Source: Octopus vulgaris | Lineage: Eukaryota | DNA length: 64,000 bases | NCBI GenBank assembly: GCA_951406725.2 | Contig: OX597822.1 | Coordinates: forward strand, 102,486,001-102,550,000 | Direction of reading: 5' to 3' | Shown here: positions 25,411-38,590 of the stretch, piece by piece | Layout: each line of letters starts with the position of its first letter | How positions within the stretch are numbered: position 1 is the first letter of the stretch | The notes under the pieces: generated by a model | What the model was told of the DNA's origin: nothing | The model's input: the letters and a program-made list of their open reading frames with translations, nothing else | Database searches by the model: none | Program-made: the position numbers and the translations under genes

Positions 25411-25808
25411 TCTTTATATATAAAAGAGAGGTTGTGTGCTGTCTGTCTCCTACGATTTAGATTCCTAATTACTCCCACATTTTGCGGTGCAGTTTAACCA
25501 AAACCGGGTATCTTATAGTCGTGATTCATATCGAGCCCCTCTGGGTATTAGCGCGCGTCTACGATGAGTCTACGAATTAAAAAACAATTTACCATCAATT
25601 TTTCCCATTTTTAATGCATTTTTGGCATATATAAGGGAAGCAACTCTCTAAAAATGTATTATTAAATCTCAGAACGTAAAAAGCTACAGTAACACCACCC
25701 CCCTTTGTGGTTAGCCATATTGAGATGGCTATTATACTTTACATCTCTAAAAATGTTTATATAGTTATTTCCCTTACAAATCCGAGCAACGCCGGGCGAT
25801 ACTGCTAG
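25411..25808 (+). mobile_element. Complete non-autonomous Helitron
   Basis: A|TC start, subterminal GC hairpin, CTAG|T end, no TSD. Confidence 0.75.
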
Positions 25809-26324
25809 TGTTATATAAAAATGAAGAGATGAAATGGCTGCATGGGCCCCACTCCTCATGCAGTACCATTTGAACGTTTATACACACTATTTACAATTGT
25901 TCTATTTTTCTATTGTTTTTTTTCTTAATCATCTTTTTTTCTCTCTTTTTTCCATGAAACACTTTTACTTTCTCCCTTTTTTTTTCTTTCAACAAAACAA
26001 TTTTACTTACTCTTTCCCCCGCCCCTTTTTAATACCTCATAGTCTCAGAGTTCAACCTCAGAGTAATACCTCATAAGTCTCAGAGTTCAACTACGGGTGG
26101 CAGTTCGTCGAACTCCACCAACACTCCGGGCGGGTTAAATCTTGTCTCCGCACATGTCTCTCAGTCTTTGTCGACCACAATGTCCTTCACATTTTCCGAA
26201 TATATATCCGTGGGTAACCTCATTCTTATCATATGCATTCTCCAATCCGCCAGGGGAGTCAATGACTCTCGTTACAACATCTTCTTTGAAATTGACTCCC
26301 GTTGGAAATTTATATTATTACTAG

Positions 26325-27985
26325 ACCATGGAATATCGGTTTTGGGCCAAGGTTGAAATTTTATAGGTGGTCACTTCGCTGCAAGAGAACAACCTCCGCA
26401 GGATTTTAGCAACTTCTCGATATCAAGATCCATTTTCGGCCAGTAAACATAACTCCTCATAAGCAACTTCATTCTGGAAAATTCCTGGATGTCCAATGTG
26501 GAATTCCTTTAACATTCGATTTTGTAGTGAGGTAGGCATTACGACCCTCATAAGAACATTATCACATATCGAATACAAATTCGAAACCGTGTTACGTCCA
26601 GCCACGCGTAGTTTCTATTTGTTTCTTCTGATCTCACTGGTTATTTTCATTTTTATAATAAACTATGGATGCGCAATGGCCTAGTGGTTAGGGCAGCGGA
26701 CTCGCGGTCGTAGGATCGCGGTTTCGATTCCCAGACGAGGCGTTGTGAGTGTTTGTTGAGCGAAAACACCTAAAAGCTCCTCGAGGCTCCGGCAGGGGGT
26801 GGTGGCGATTCCTGCTGTACTCTTTCGCCACAACTTTCTCTCACTCTTTCTTCTGTTGGCCTGCTCGTTTAGCCAGCGGGTTGGCGTCATTTGAAGGCTA
26901 AAACAATTCGAAGCGCATTGTGACCAGCGATGTGTAACAACATCTGATGGCCTGGTCGGTCACAGTAACGGATAATAAACTAGTCCGTCTCTACCTTAAT
27001 TTCTATTTCCTCTAATGTCACAGGCAATTCAAGCACAACATTGCACAATATATTTTTTATTTCATTCTCGGCTTTTAATGCCACTATCACTGTGTCTCCC
27101 AGTGATTCACTGTATTTTGGTATTAATCTTGACAAATCATCTGCATCTCCCAATTTTTTCGATGGCAAATACTCCATCTTGAAGTTGTAGTTCAGCAGAA
27201 TCATTTCCCAGCACTGGAATCTGTTAGCTATATGAGTAGGAATACCCTTTTTTGATCCATAGATCAACAAAAATGAGCGGTGGTCTATCTGCATACGGAA
27301 CCTTTCTCCATGTATAAATTCATGGAATTTTGTTTTTTTTACCGCAAAAGGGGTTAGTCGAGTACATCGACCCCCTCCAATTCTCAACTGGTACTCGTTT
27401 TATCAATCTCGATAAAACAGAAAATAGAAAAATAGACATTAGCCTCTTTTTCTATTTGACTGTAGCTTTTCTCAGCCGGCAATAATGAACGCGAAGCATG
27501 AGCTACTGCTTTCGGGCTACCATCTACACATTTGTGTAAAATCACAGCTCCAATACTAATTTCACTAGCATCAGCTGCCACTATTATTTCCAACTTCGGA
27601 TCATAATATATGATAATGACAATTCCGACGTCAAGACGTTTTTAATTTCTTCAGAAGTTTTTTAATCTTTGCCCGACCAGTCCCACTTAACATCTTTTTT
27701 TAACAAGTTATTCAGGGATGCTTTTAAATCGTGCATATTCCTTACGTCTACCTGGTAGTAATTTGCAAGCCCCCAAAATGCTTGTAACGTTGTAATATTT
27801 GTTGGGGAAAGCATATTTTTTATTGTACTCGCCTTAGACAGGTCTCGTCTGCGTCCATTTTCATCAATAATCTGCCCTTGATATTTTATCCTTGTCATAA
27901 AAAATTCACACTTTTCTTCGCTGAGCTTAAAACCATACTCCTTTATTCTTTCGAAGACCTTTTTAACGTGCTCAGCATGCTGACA
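26325..27985 (-). mobile_element. Old Gypsy pol fragment (RT-RNase H-integrase zinc region), interrupted by SINEs
   Basis: GFKLSEEKCEF, GLANYY, AADASEISIGAV, YSQIEKEA, DHRS, EFHIGHPGI. Confidence 0.88.
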
Positions 27986-27989
27986 TCGA

Positions 27990-29020
27990 ATAAATTCACT
28001 CAATCTTACCTTCGGCTGCCACGAGTTCAGGTCGACGTCTCTTCCCGTGTAGCAGACATCTCTCCTGCTGTATTCGTCTTTTAACTTGAGATAATTCTCC
28101 TTCAACATGATGGAACACCTTACACTCGGGTGTAATCCCTCACAATCCTTCGTGTCCACTTCTCAACTTCTTTTCTCACTGAAACCTTTGCACTGTTGTA
28201 TAAAACAATAAGGTACTTTTCCCTGGGTGGGGATATTGGGAATTTGTGGCTCTTGTGTGTTTGCATTATTTGTATTCGTGTCTGGTAGGATAAGGAGAGG
28301 GCTGGTGTCTGCAAGGGGGGGATGAGGTTTTGTGCGTGAAGCAGGAGGGGAGGGACGGGAATGGGTTGATTTCTTCCTCGCTGGTTTGCTGTTCTCTTCT
28401 TTTCCTCTTCTTCTTGCCCACCTCTGTCCATTCTGTTGATTTCTCTTTTTGTACTCTTGGTTTTTCATTTCCATCCTTCTCAGTTCTTGTTGTCACTACT
28501 TTTGGAGACTCGGTCTCCACTGGATCTTCTTTTGGTCCTTCTACAGTGGGGGGGGGGGAGCATTTGTGTGTCCTTATGTGTCCTAACTGTCCACAGTTGT
28601 AGCACCTCGGCCTCCTGCTTTCCACCACAACTCCAAGTCTCACCTCGTCTCCCACCGTTATTGTGTTGACCGTTTCTTCCAAGTCCTCTGGGGCGGCCTA
28701 AATTATCATTTCCAGTGTCTGCCCTAGCCAATTCTTCGCTGGTACCTTTGTCACCTGTAGGATTGTAATCCTTTCCCCGAAATCCATTAAAATTGCCGCT
28801 ATTATCTAGTTTACGTCCACCTCCGGGGGTATTACTTCCACCCATACCCTGGATGCACGTCTTCCCAGATAGTTATGGTAGAAGGACTACTTCGTCTGTC
28901 TTCACGGAGGCCGCAGAATGATACCTGGCTATCGTCTCGCTGGTAAACTGTACCGCCACCGACGCGAACTTCGGCCCTCGGGCAAGTTAGGTAATGTCCA
29001 CCCAGATGCGTCTCAGTGCA
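27990..29020 (-). mobile_element. L1/Tx1-like LINE ORF1 remnant with zinc knuckle
   Basis: VVVESRRPRCYNCGQLGHIRTHKC followed by EWTEVGKKKRK; multiple stops. Confidence 0.6.
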
Positions 29021-29056
29021 GTTATTATAAGGTGTTAATAATTTCTTCTTAACACA

Positions 29057-29101
<45 letters not shown>

Positions 29102-29764
29102 CAGAATTAGTTTTTCACAGAAGAGAGGAGTGGTTTCTAAGTGCAGTAAGGAAGGGCAAGCTGACAGAAGCATAAACTATATCTATTGTTCTTTGCATAC
29201 TTACATACGTACGTGTGTGTGTGTGTGTGTGTGTGTAATAAAAGTAATGGACAAAGAAAAAGATTATTAGAAAAAAAACTGAAGGCAGCAGAGAAGGAAC
29301 CCGGTTAAACACACACGATATTAGATTAAAGCTTTAATAAGAGAAAGAATTTTAATAGTTTGAACATATAAAATCGTGCTTCTAAAACTTTGTTCTCTGT
29401 GTGAATCTATAGAATTTACAGCTAATAAATCACTTACGAGGTAACATTAAAAAAAAACTAGTTGTTCCTAGCACAGGATATCTGACACGTTAAAAGTAAG
29501 TCTTTATCTCTTTCTTTTTCTTTTCTCTTTTCTTAAAGATATCAGCTTGTATTATTGTAACACGGAATTTCATAACGAGAAATTATGTGACACCAATTTT
29601 TCCATTAATCCATTTATAAACCAAGTTTCATTCTGACAGAATCTTTTCTAAATACTAAATAAATAAATAAATATATAAATAAATAAATAGTACAACCACT
29701 TTTATACATGAAAATATCAAATTTCTAACATACTACGCAATATATGTATATATATATATATATC

Positions 29765-30167
29765 TATTCTCTCTTTCTCTTTTGAGCTTGTTTCAGTCAT
29801 TTGACTGCGGCCATGCTGGAGCACCGCCTTTAGTCGAGCAACTCGACCCCGGGACTTATTCTTTTGTAAGCCCAGTACTTATTCTATCGGTCTCTTTTGC
29901 CGAACCGCTAAGTAACGGGGACGTAAACACAGCAGCATCGGTTGTCAAGCAATGCTAGGGGGACAAACACAGACACACACACGCATATATATATACACAT
30001 ATACGACGGGCTTCTTTCAGTTTCCATCTACCAAATCCACTCACAAGGCTTTGGTCGGCCCAGGGCTATAGTAGAAGACACTTGCCCAAGATGCCACGCA
30101 GTGGGACTGAACCCGGAACCATGTGGTTGATTAGCAAGCTACTTACCACACAGCCACTCCTGCGCCT
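29765..30167 (-). mobile_element. SINE family B, full length
   Basis: Reverse complement of 21742-22130. Confidence 0.85.
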
Positions 30168-30379
30168 ATACATATATATCTTTTAAATTTGTTCATGGGA
30201 AACGTTTGAATATGCAAATAAAGCTCCTATTCTATTATACTGGCCACAGTCTAATGATGATGACTAGTGAACCAGATTTTTTTTTTTTTTTTTGGTTGCA
30301 TTGAACTGTAGTGATATAGGACAAATATAGTCATGATAATGATAATCCTTGTTTGGCATTTATAAACATTTAATGCATT

Positions 30380-30938
30380 GCTATGCATGACTGATCTTAA
30401 GAGACATGTGATTTGTGGAAATGCACGCAGTGATGCATTAAAAGTTTAAGACCTCTGGAGATATGATGTGGCTGTGAAGAACCGACAAATGAAGTGAGTT
30501 CATGGCTCGCAGGACGGCCTGCTGTGCTTACCTTGGATCGTAGGGCGACCTGCTGTGCTTGAGAAGACCTATTGAGTCAAGGACATCAACCTCAAAATAA
30601 AAATCAAAATGGAAATCGTAGTTGTGATACCTGTGCCAGTGGCACGTAAAAAGCAACATCCGAACATGGCCGATGCCAACGCCACCCTCGTGACTGGCTT
30701 CTGTGCCGGTGGCATGTTAAAAGCACCAACCGATCGTGGATGTTGCCAGCCTCCTCTGGCCCATGTGCAGTGGCACGTAAAAAGCACCCACTACATTCAC
30801 GGAGTGGTTGGCGTTAGGAAGGGCATCCAGCTGTAGAAACACAGCCAGATCAGACTGGAGGCTGGTGCAGCCTTCTGGTTTCCTAGACCCCGGTTGAACC
30901 GTCCAACCCATGCTAGCATGGAAAACGGACGTTAAGTG

Positions 30939-30940
<2 letters not shown>
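30380..30940 (+). mobile_element. RTE LINE 3' end with family E UTR
   Basis: acctctggagatatgatgtg... followed by the family E tail. Confidence 0.7.
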
Positions 30941-31015
<75 letters not shown>

Positions 31016-31149
31016 ATGTTCAAAGAGATATACCGAAGTCAACAAATAAGAATATAGTAAATATATTGCAGTATACATATGTATGACAAAAGATGTTAGC
31101 GACCGAGTGATGAGAAGTGGTGTAACTGCTAAGAGGTGGGCTAAACACC

Positions 31150-31778
31150 TCTCAGAACGTAGTAGCAGACGAAATACCTATTTGTTTACTAACCACAAGG
31201 GGCTAAACACAGAGAGGACAAACAAGGACAGACAAACAGATTAAGTCGATTATATCGACCCCAGTGCGTAACTAGTACTTATTTAATCGACTCCGAAAGG
31301 ATGAAAGGCAAAGTCGACCTCGGCGGAATTTGAACACTGAAGGTAGTGGCAGACGAAATACCTCTTTTTTTACTGCCCACAAGGGGCTACACACAGAGGG
31401 GACAAACAAGGACAGACACATAGATTAAGTCGATTATATCAACCCCAGTGCGTAACTGGTACTTATTTAATCGACCCCGAAAAGATAAAAGGCAAAGTCG
31501 ACCTCGGCGGAATTTGAACTCAGAACGTAACGGCAGACGAAATACCTATTTCTTTATTACCCACAAGGGGCTAAACACAGAGCGGACAAACAAGGACAGA
31601 CATAGGTATTAAGTCGATTACATCGACCCCAGTGCGTAACTGGTACTTATTTAATCGACCCCGAATGGATGAAAGGCAAAGTCGACCTCGGCGGAATTTG
31701 AACTCAGAACGTAACGGCAGACGAAATACCACTAAGCATTTCGCCCGGCATGCTAACGTTTCTGCGAGCACGCCGCTT
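31150..31778 (-). mobile_element. Head-to-tail array of family A SINE units (~3.3 units of ~185 bp)
   Basis: Repeated gcagacgaaatacct...cccacaaggggcta junctions. Confidence 0.88.
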
Positions 31779-31818
31779 AAGAGAAGGAAGCTTCTTACCA
31801 CACAGATACACCCATGCC

Positions 31819-31851
<33 letters not shown>

Positions 31852-32409
31852 CTGTATGTCTGTGTATGTGAGTGTGAGTGCATGGGTACATATGTGGCTG
31901 ACATTGATATTCAATAGTAGTCTCCGTAAAGCCAGTGACACAGACATAAAATAATTTCTTATTGTACACTTGTCAATAACCAGCAGGATAAGCAATAAAT
32001 TCGAGTTTCTTGTATTAAACACAACAGCTGACACAACATCATTGTTTGAGTAAGACACCTATTGTGCTTTGAAAAGATACACTTTCAGATTGCTATTGAC
32101 TTCAAACCTTGGCTCAAATTTTCCTGAAGTTGCTTGGGAGGTCGCTAAAGCCGCTAGAGAAGGTTCTGGTATAAAGTCTAGTTTGAGGAGCAAATCTCAC
32201 CTTAAGCTATTTCTTTTTTACTTCACTCAGGGCCGACACTAAGCCCCTGCAACTCCTGCGGTCACAGGGGGCATCCGTGGTTGAGGGGCCCCATGTTAAG
32301 ATCGAAGTACATATATGAGTCATCTATTTACTTTGGTTAAGAAGTTTACTGAAAATTTCGAGCCAGACGAGGAAAAAAATACGAAAAAAGTAAATGAAAA
32401 AAGCTTGTC

Positions 32410-32984
32410 GGATCTTTTCCTTTTGAACGGCAGTTTTCAACACAATTTCTAGTTAACTAAACACTTTTAAACTTCGTATACTGGTAGAATGTGTCAAAAT
32501 AAAACAATTTTTTACTCTTGGCTTTCTTGAGAAAATTGTAATTTGTAAGTTTAACGTAGTTTAATTTTTCGAATTTTAACCAATCAATGGCCTCTATTGA
32601 GCAAAAATCATTTGCTGCGTCTAAAACTGAGACAACATCCTGTCACTAACCCTAACACTAACCCTAAATTTTAGCCTTTCGTATTTTTTTTTCTTAATTG
32701 TTATTCTTAAATTAATTTAACAATTAAGGTAAAAAAAAACGAAAGGCTAAAACGAAAGCGAAAACTCAAAACAAAAGCAAAACGAATAATTTTAGACAAT
32801 AGAGGCCATTGATTGGTTAAAATTCGAAAAATTAAACTATGTTAAACTTACAAATTATAATTTTCTCAAGAAAGCCAAGAGAAAAAATGTTTTATTTTGA
32901 CACATTCTACCAGTATACGAAGTTTTAAAATGTTTAGTTAACTAGAAATTGTGTTGAAAACTGCCATTCAAAAGGAAAAGATCC
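32410..32984. mobile_element. Foldback MITE (GGATCTT family) with ~200-bp arms and 8-bp TSD
   Basis: TSD AGCTTGTC at 32402-32409 and 32985-32992; central ctaaccctaa motifs. Confidence 0.92.
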
Positions 32985-33145
32985 AGCTTGTCAACGAATT
33001 TCTTAGGGAGATAAAAGAAAAATGAAAGAAATACAAAAAAAAATGAAATAAGAACAACTTCAACAAAAAAGACAAGAAAAAGAAGCTATAGTAATGAAAG
33101 ATGGGGATGTATACTTATACATATATACAAACATACACACATAGG

Positions 33146-33176
<31 letters not shown>

Positions 33177-33413
33177 CAATGCGACAAGGCTTTGGTCAGC
33201 TCAGGTTGATAGACAGATAGATAGACGTGTACCAAACAGACACACATCTCTTAATCTCTCTCTCTCTCTCTGTATAGCTGGTCACTTTGTACCCAGAACC
33301 TTTGACCTTCTAAGGCAATAAAAACTGGAGACCAAATTCTTTCTGTACCAAAAACAAGGCGTGGGGACACGTGCACACTCACACATAGAAGTCTGTGTGT
33401 GTATGTAGCTATC

Positions 33414-33445
<32 letters not shown>

Positions 33446-34397
33446 ATATATTAATAAATAAAACATATGCATATATATATATATATATATACATATATGT
33501 ACGTACCTACCTCTACATGTATATATACACGCATATATGAGTACAGGACACCAAAAAAACGTCGAACACAATGAGAAACGAAAACATAGACACAAACCCA
33601 AGGAACTGGACATTTTTCTTAAACAACAAAAAATAGAGTACAGGACAAATAACACAAGGAAAAAACCCTTCTTCAGTCGCCATGGTTTCATCTACTCTAC
33701 GTTTCGAAGGTGAAGGCGAGACGTATCTTCGAAAGAAACTTTCCTTCCCGCGAAAATCAAATCAAATAAAATTTGAGATCTTTTTGCAGAGGGGTGAAAA
33801 TGGTAACAAAACCAGGACAGTAACGACAGTACAAAATATAAGCAGTAAAAGACAGGACAAGGAAAATAACAAGACAAGAAGGGATGTTAGCCGAACGAAA
33901 AAATGTGTTACGAACGCTATTTCTGTGAACGGCGATGGGAGCAAAGAAAATTGCCATCCACACCTCAAAAAGGTCAGGCCAGAAAAGACAGTAGCAGAGC
34001 TCTCGTCGCGGGTCAACGACGGGAGGGAGGAGGAGGAGCAAGAGAAAGGGAGGGAAGAAAGGGGAATGGTTGTGAGGAAACCATGAAGAATGAGAGAGAG
34101 GGAGAGAGAGAGAGAGGGAGAGACAGTTAAGTAGAAGAAAAGGAAATCAAAGAATGAAGGCTGAGAAAGGGATGGGACTGAAAGGTTAAGAGTGCACATC
34201 AAAATTAATATCAAGAACAATCTTACTTAGAAAGGGATGCGTACGTTCCGTCATATAATATATTAATAAATAAAACATATGCATATATATATATATATAT
34301 ACATATATGTACGTACCTACCTCTACATGTATATATACACGCATATATGAGTTCAGGACACCAAAAAAACGTCGAACACAATGAGAAACGAAAACAT

Positions 34398-34453
<56 letters not shown>

Positions 34454-34513
34454 GTGGGGATACAGATATTGTTTGCTCACAATCACTAAGCATCTCAGTT
34501 CTTCACTTGTAAC

Positions 34514-35720
34514 CAGGAATGCCACTGATGGGTTTTTCCACCCAGATCTGGGTTTTTTGGAGTAATGACGGCTTGATGGGTTTTAATTTACAAATTTACA
34601 TTGAATCTGGGTTTTTAAGTTGGTTTTGGCTGCAAACTTATCTTTTAAAGAGAATTCGGTGTCATACTTTTTTGTATGCAATATGTACCAAAGTTGCAGC
34701 TCTTCTAATACTTGGTAAACTTTCTATACATCATCCATAATCGTCTCACGTAATGAATTTATCGAGACAAATATTGAATGTAACATAATTACCGATCGTA
34801 CACGTTCATTACTTGTTTATAGTTGGTGGCCGCTTGTATAACTTGCCTGAAACTCTGACACCGCCAGTGTTGATGGTGTATGCTTCGATTGTTACTCGTG
34901 ATTTAAAATTTGTTTTGCAACATTTTGAGTGAGTGTTTTTGTTTTGTGACCCTTTGCGAAGTAATGGCAGACAATTGTGTGTCCACAAAGAGGTACACCA
35001 AAATTTCAAGAAGTTGTGGTTAGAGGCTGCTGAGCTTAAAGATCGGGTACAAGATGATAAAAATCTGACACTTACTACTGCGTTTGTTGCAACGTTGTAT
35101 TGGAAAATGCTAACAAATTAATGCTGTTGGCCCTTAAAAATACTGCCAAACACAAGAAAGCTTTAGATTGTGCGAAATTGTCTATTAAATTAGATTCATT
35201 TATTGTTTAAAAAACGGATGATACATTAAATGAAAAAGTAACTAACGCAGACTTGCTACTAACTGGTTATATAAATCATTTAGCTGAAATTTGTAAAAAG
35301 GTCTTTCCCGATAGTGAAATAGCTAAAAATCTACAAATTAAAAATACAAAATTAACATATATTATGCAAGACGGAATTGCACATAATGAACGAAATGAAA
35401 TCTTGAAAATTCTCAAGAAACAAAATTTTCAGTATTGATAGATGAGAGTACGGACATTTCAGTGACACTAATCGTAGCAATAGGTGTTCGCTTTATTTTT
35501 TTGAAGAATCGCTTGATGTCAAGGATGCTCTTCTGGATACAATTGTTGTAGAAAATGGTTCGTCTCAGGGTTTGTATGATGATGTCAAGTCTATGTTTAC
35601 AAAAGAAGATGTATCTATAAGTAACATACTTGGATTTCCCAGCGATAATTGTTCAACATTGAAGGGTAACAAGAGCGGGTTTCAAAAGTTATTTCTATCC
35701 AAACGAAATATTTCAACAGC
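34514..35720 (+). mobile_element. hAT transposon 5' remnant with decayed transposase
   Basis: CAGGAATGCCA terminus; HLAEICKKVFPDSEIAKN...TK, LIDESTDIS and SDNCSTLKG motifs across frameshifts. Confidence 0.8.
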
Positions 35721-35767
35721 TAACAGTGAAATATAGAATTGAAAAAAAAAAGCTTTTTTGGCTGTTC

Positions 35768-36138
35768 TTTTATCACCTCAGCGAAGGCAGAGGCATTGTT
35801 TTAAGTCGTGTTTGTTGGTTTGTTGGTCCGTGGACGAGATATCTCAAGGACCGCTGGATGGATTCAGATGAAACTTTCAGGGATGTTTGGCTTCATGACT
35901 GGCACAAAGAGATTACATTTTAGGATCGATCTGGTACCGGACAAGGATTCTGGATTATTCTTCCTGTTTTTTTACTTAGTTTTTGAGATCAGTCGGGTTC
36001 ATTTTTAGTATTCTCGTTTGTGAGAGCAGTCAAGTTTATTTCAGATATTCTCGTTTTAAAAATCATCTCCAGCGAATCATCGAGAGGACATTGGTGTTGC
36101 CTTGGCGGAGGTTTGCGCTCTCTGAGTGCTCGTTATTT
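35768..36138 (+). mobile_element. Helentron-associated (HINE/DINE-1-like) non-autonomous element
   Basis: Subterminal inverted repeats acctcagcgaagg / ccttggcggaggt, 3' hairpin gcgctc-tct-gagtgc, T-rich ends. Confidence 0.65.
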
Positions 36139-36153
36139 ATACATATATATACA

Positions 36154-36191
<38 letters not shown>

Positions 36192-36432
36192 CATATATAT
36201 ATACATATATACATATATATATGACATATATATACATATATATATGACAACCGATGCTGGTGTGTTTATGTCCCCGTTACTTAGCGGTTCGGCAAAAGAG
36301 ACCGATAGAATAAGTACTGGGCTTACAAAGAATAAGTCCCGGGGTCGATTTGCTCGACTAAAGGCGGTGCTCCAGCATGGCCACAGTCAAATGACTGAAA
36401 CAAGTAAAAGAGTAAAAAGAGAGTAAAGAGAG

Positions 36433-36488
<56 letters not shown>

Positions 36489-36489
36489 C

Positions 36490-36552
<63 letters not shown>

Positions 36553-36909
36553 GATAGCTACATACACACACAGACTTCACTTCTATGTGTGAGTGTGCAC
36601 GTGCCCCACGCCTTGTTTTTGGTACAGAAAGAATTTGGTCTCCAGTTTTTATTGCCTTAGAAGGTCAAAGGTTCTGGGTACAAAGTGACCAGCTATACAG
36701 AGAGAGAGAGAGAGAGAGAGATTAAGAGATGTGTGTCTGTTTGGTACACGTCTAACTATCTATCTGCATTTTCAGTATATTAGGAGCTCAACTAAGATGA
36801 TAACAAGGCTGGAGGATTTCCGAGGGTTCACCCAACCTCACCCTTCCATTTTCCGAGGGTTCACCCTACCCCCCCATTTTCCACAGAAAAAATGCATTTG
36901 CTGTGTGTG

Positions 36910-36984
<75 letters not shown>

Positions 36985-37240
36985 ATACCTATGTGCATGT
37001 GTCTGTATTTGTCCCCCTATCACCACTTGACAACCAGTGTTGGTGTGTTTATGTCCCCATATCTTTTGCAGTTCAGCAAAAGAGACCAATAGAATAAGTT
37101 CTAGGCTGAAAGAAAAACAAAAGTCTAGGAGTTGATTTGTTCGACTAAAATCCTTCAAAGCAGTGCCCCAGCATAGCCGCAATCAAATTACTGAAACAAA
37201 TAAACGAATAAAGAATATATGTATGTATTTATGTACATAC

Positions 37241-37655
37241 AGGCGAGCTGGAAGAATCGTTAGCACGCCGGGCGAAATGCTTAGCGGTATTTCGTCTGCC
37301 GTTACGTTCTGAGTTCACATTCCGCCGAGGTCGGCTTTGCCTTTCATCCTTTCGGGGTCGATAAATTAAGTACCAGTTACGCACTGGGGTCGATGTAATC
37401 GATTTAATCCGTTTGTCTATCCTTGTTTGTCCCATCTGTGTTTAGCCCCTTGTGGGTAGTAAAGAAATAGGTATTTTGTCTGTCGCTATGTTCTGAGTTC
37501 AAATTCTGCCGAGGTCGACTTTGCCTTTCATCCTTTTGGGGTCGATAAATTAAGTACCAGTTACGCACTGGGGTCGATGTAATCGATTTAATCCGTTTGT
37601 CTATCCTTGTTTGTCCCCTCTGTGTTTAGCCCCTTCTGGGTAGTAAAGAAATAGG
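37241..37655 (+). mobile_element. Family A SINE dimer
   Basis: Two units joined at aaagaaataggtatt. Confidence 0.88.
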
Positions 37656-38249
37656 TATGTATGTACATATGTATGTACGACAAGCTTCCATGCAATTTCC
37701 ATCTACCAAATTCACTCACACAGTATTGGTTAGCCCAGGGTTTTAGTAGAAAACATTTGGCCAAGATATCATGAAGTAGGATTGAACCTGAAAACATGTG
37801 GTTGCAAGGCAAACTTCTTATCCACGCGGTCATGTCAGCACCTGTGGTTGTTGTTGTTGTTTAACCCCTGGTTATGCATGAATGAGTAGACCTGTGACTA
37901 ATACCATTCCAGCATAAGCATTTTACTTTATTTTATTTTCATTATTTTTATATACTTTATTTATTGGCAAATGGGTTCTGCCATTTTCTTTGGCAAAGTG
38001 GGGTGTAATTTATGAGGAATATTTGGCTATTATTTCTAACGAGTAGAGAGATCCTTTCACTACCTTGTATCATAAGGTTAGTTCTAATAACTTCTTCTCA
38101 GACATTCATAATCATGATTTCTGTTCTTCCTTTTTAAGACAGTAAGTTGTGATTTGAGGACTATTTGACTGCTATTTCTACATACTCAGCCAATCACACA
38201 TAAGATCCCTCATTTGAGTACATCATGTGACTTTGATGCTTAATGCCAT

Positions 38250-38590
38250 CTTAATCATGAGGATTTGATGGAAGGACTTCATTACCAATCGAGAGATTCT
38301 GCTCTGGGCCAGAGTGCCCAGCATTGAAACTACCATGGCACAATACTGCCTCCACTGATCAGGACACATCATGCATATGCTTCGAATGCACCTTCTCCTT
38401 CAAGTACTCTTTGTAAAGTTGGCCTCAGGCACCCGACCATGTGGAACTCCCAAACTCCGTTTCCAAGACCAGCTCAAGGCCATTCTCTTCTGCTGCTCCA
38501 TTGATTCAAACACCTGGGAGACAATCACCAAGGATTGCTTAAAGTGGTAGCATGTCATTGGCAAGAGGACAGTCGAGATAGAAAATAACA
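38250..38590 (+). mobile_element. Old RTE LINE fragment
   Basis: WKDFITNREIL...SIET...SGHIMHM...GTRPCGTPKLRFQDQLK. Confidence 0.7.

Larger units (their letters stand above)
33214..36766. repeat. ~220-bp near-identical inverted duplication (33214-33430 / 36543-36766) enclosing ~3.1 kb
   Basis: Arms are reverse complements apart from microsatellite length and small indels. Confidence 0.85.

Noticed and set aside
33665-33712. Possible permuted hammerhead on the minus strand (GAAACGTA ... CTGAAGA)
   Set aside because: Stem I cannot pair next to the core and stem II is weak.
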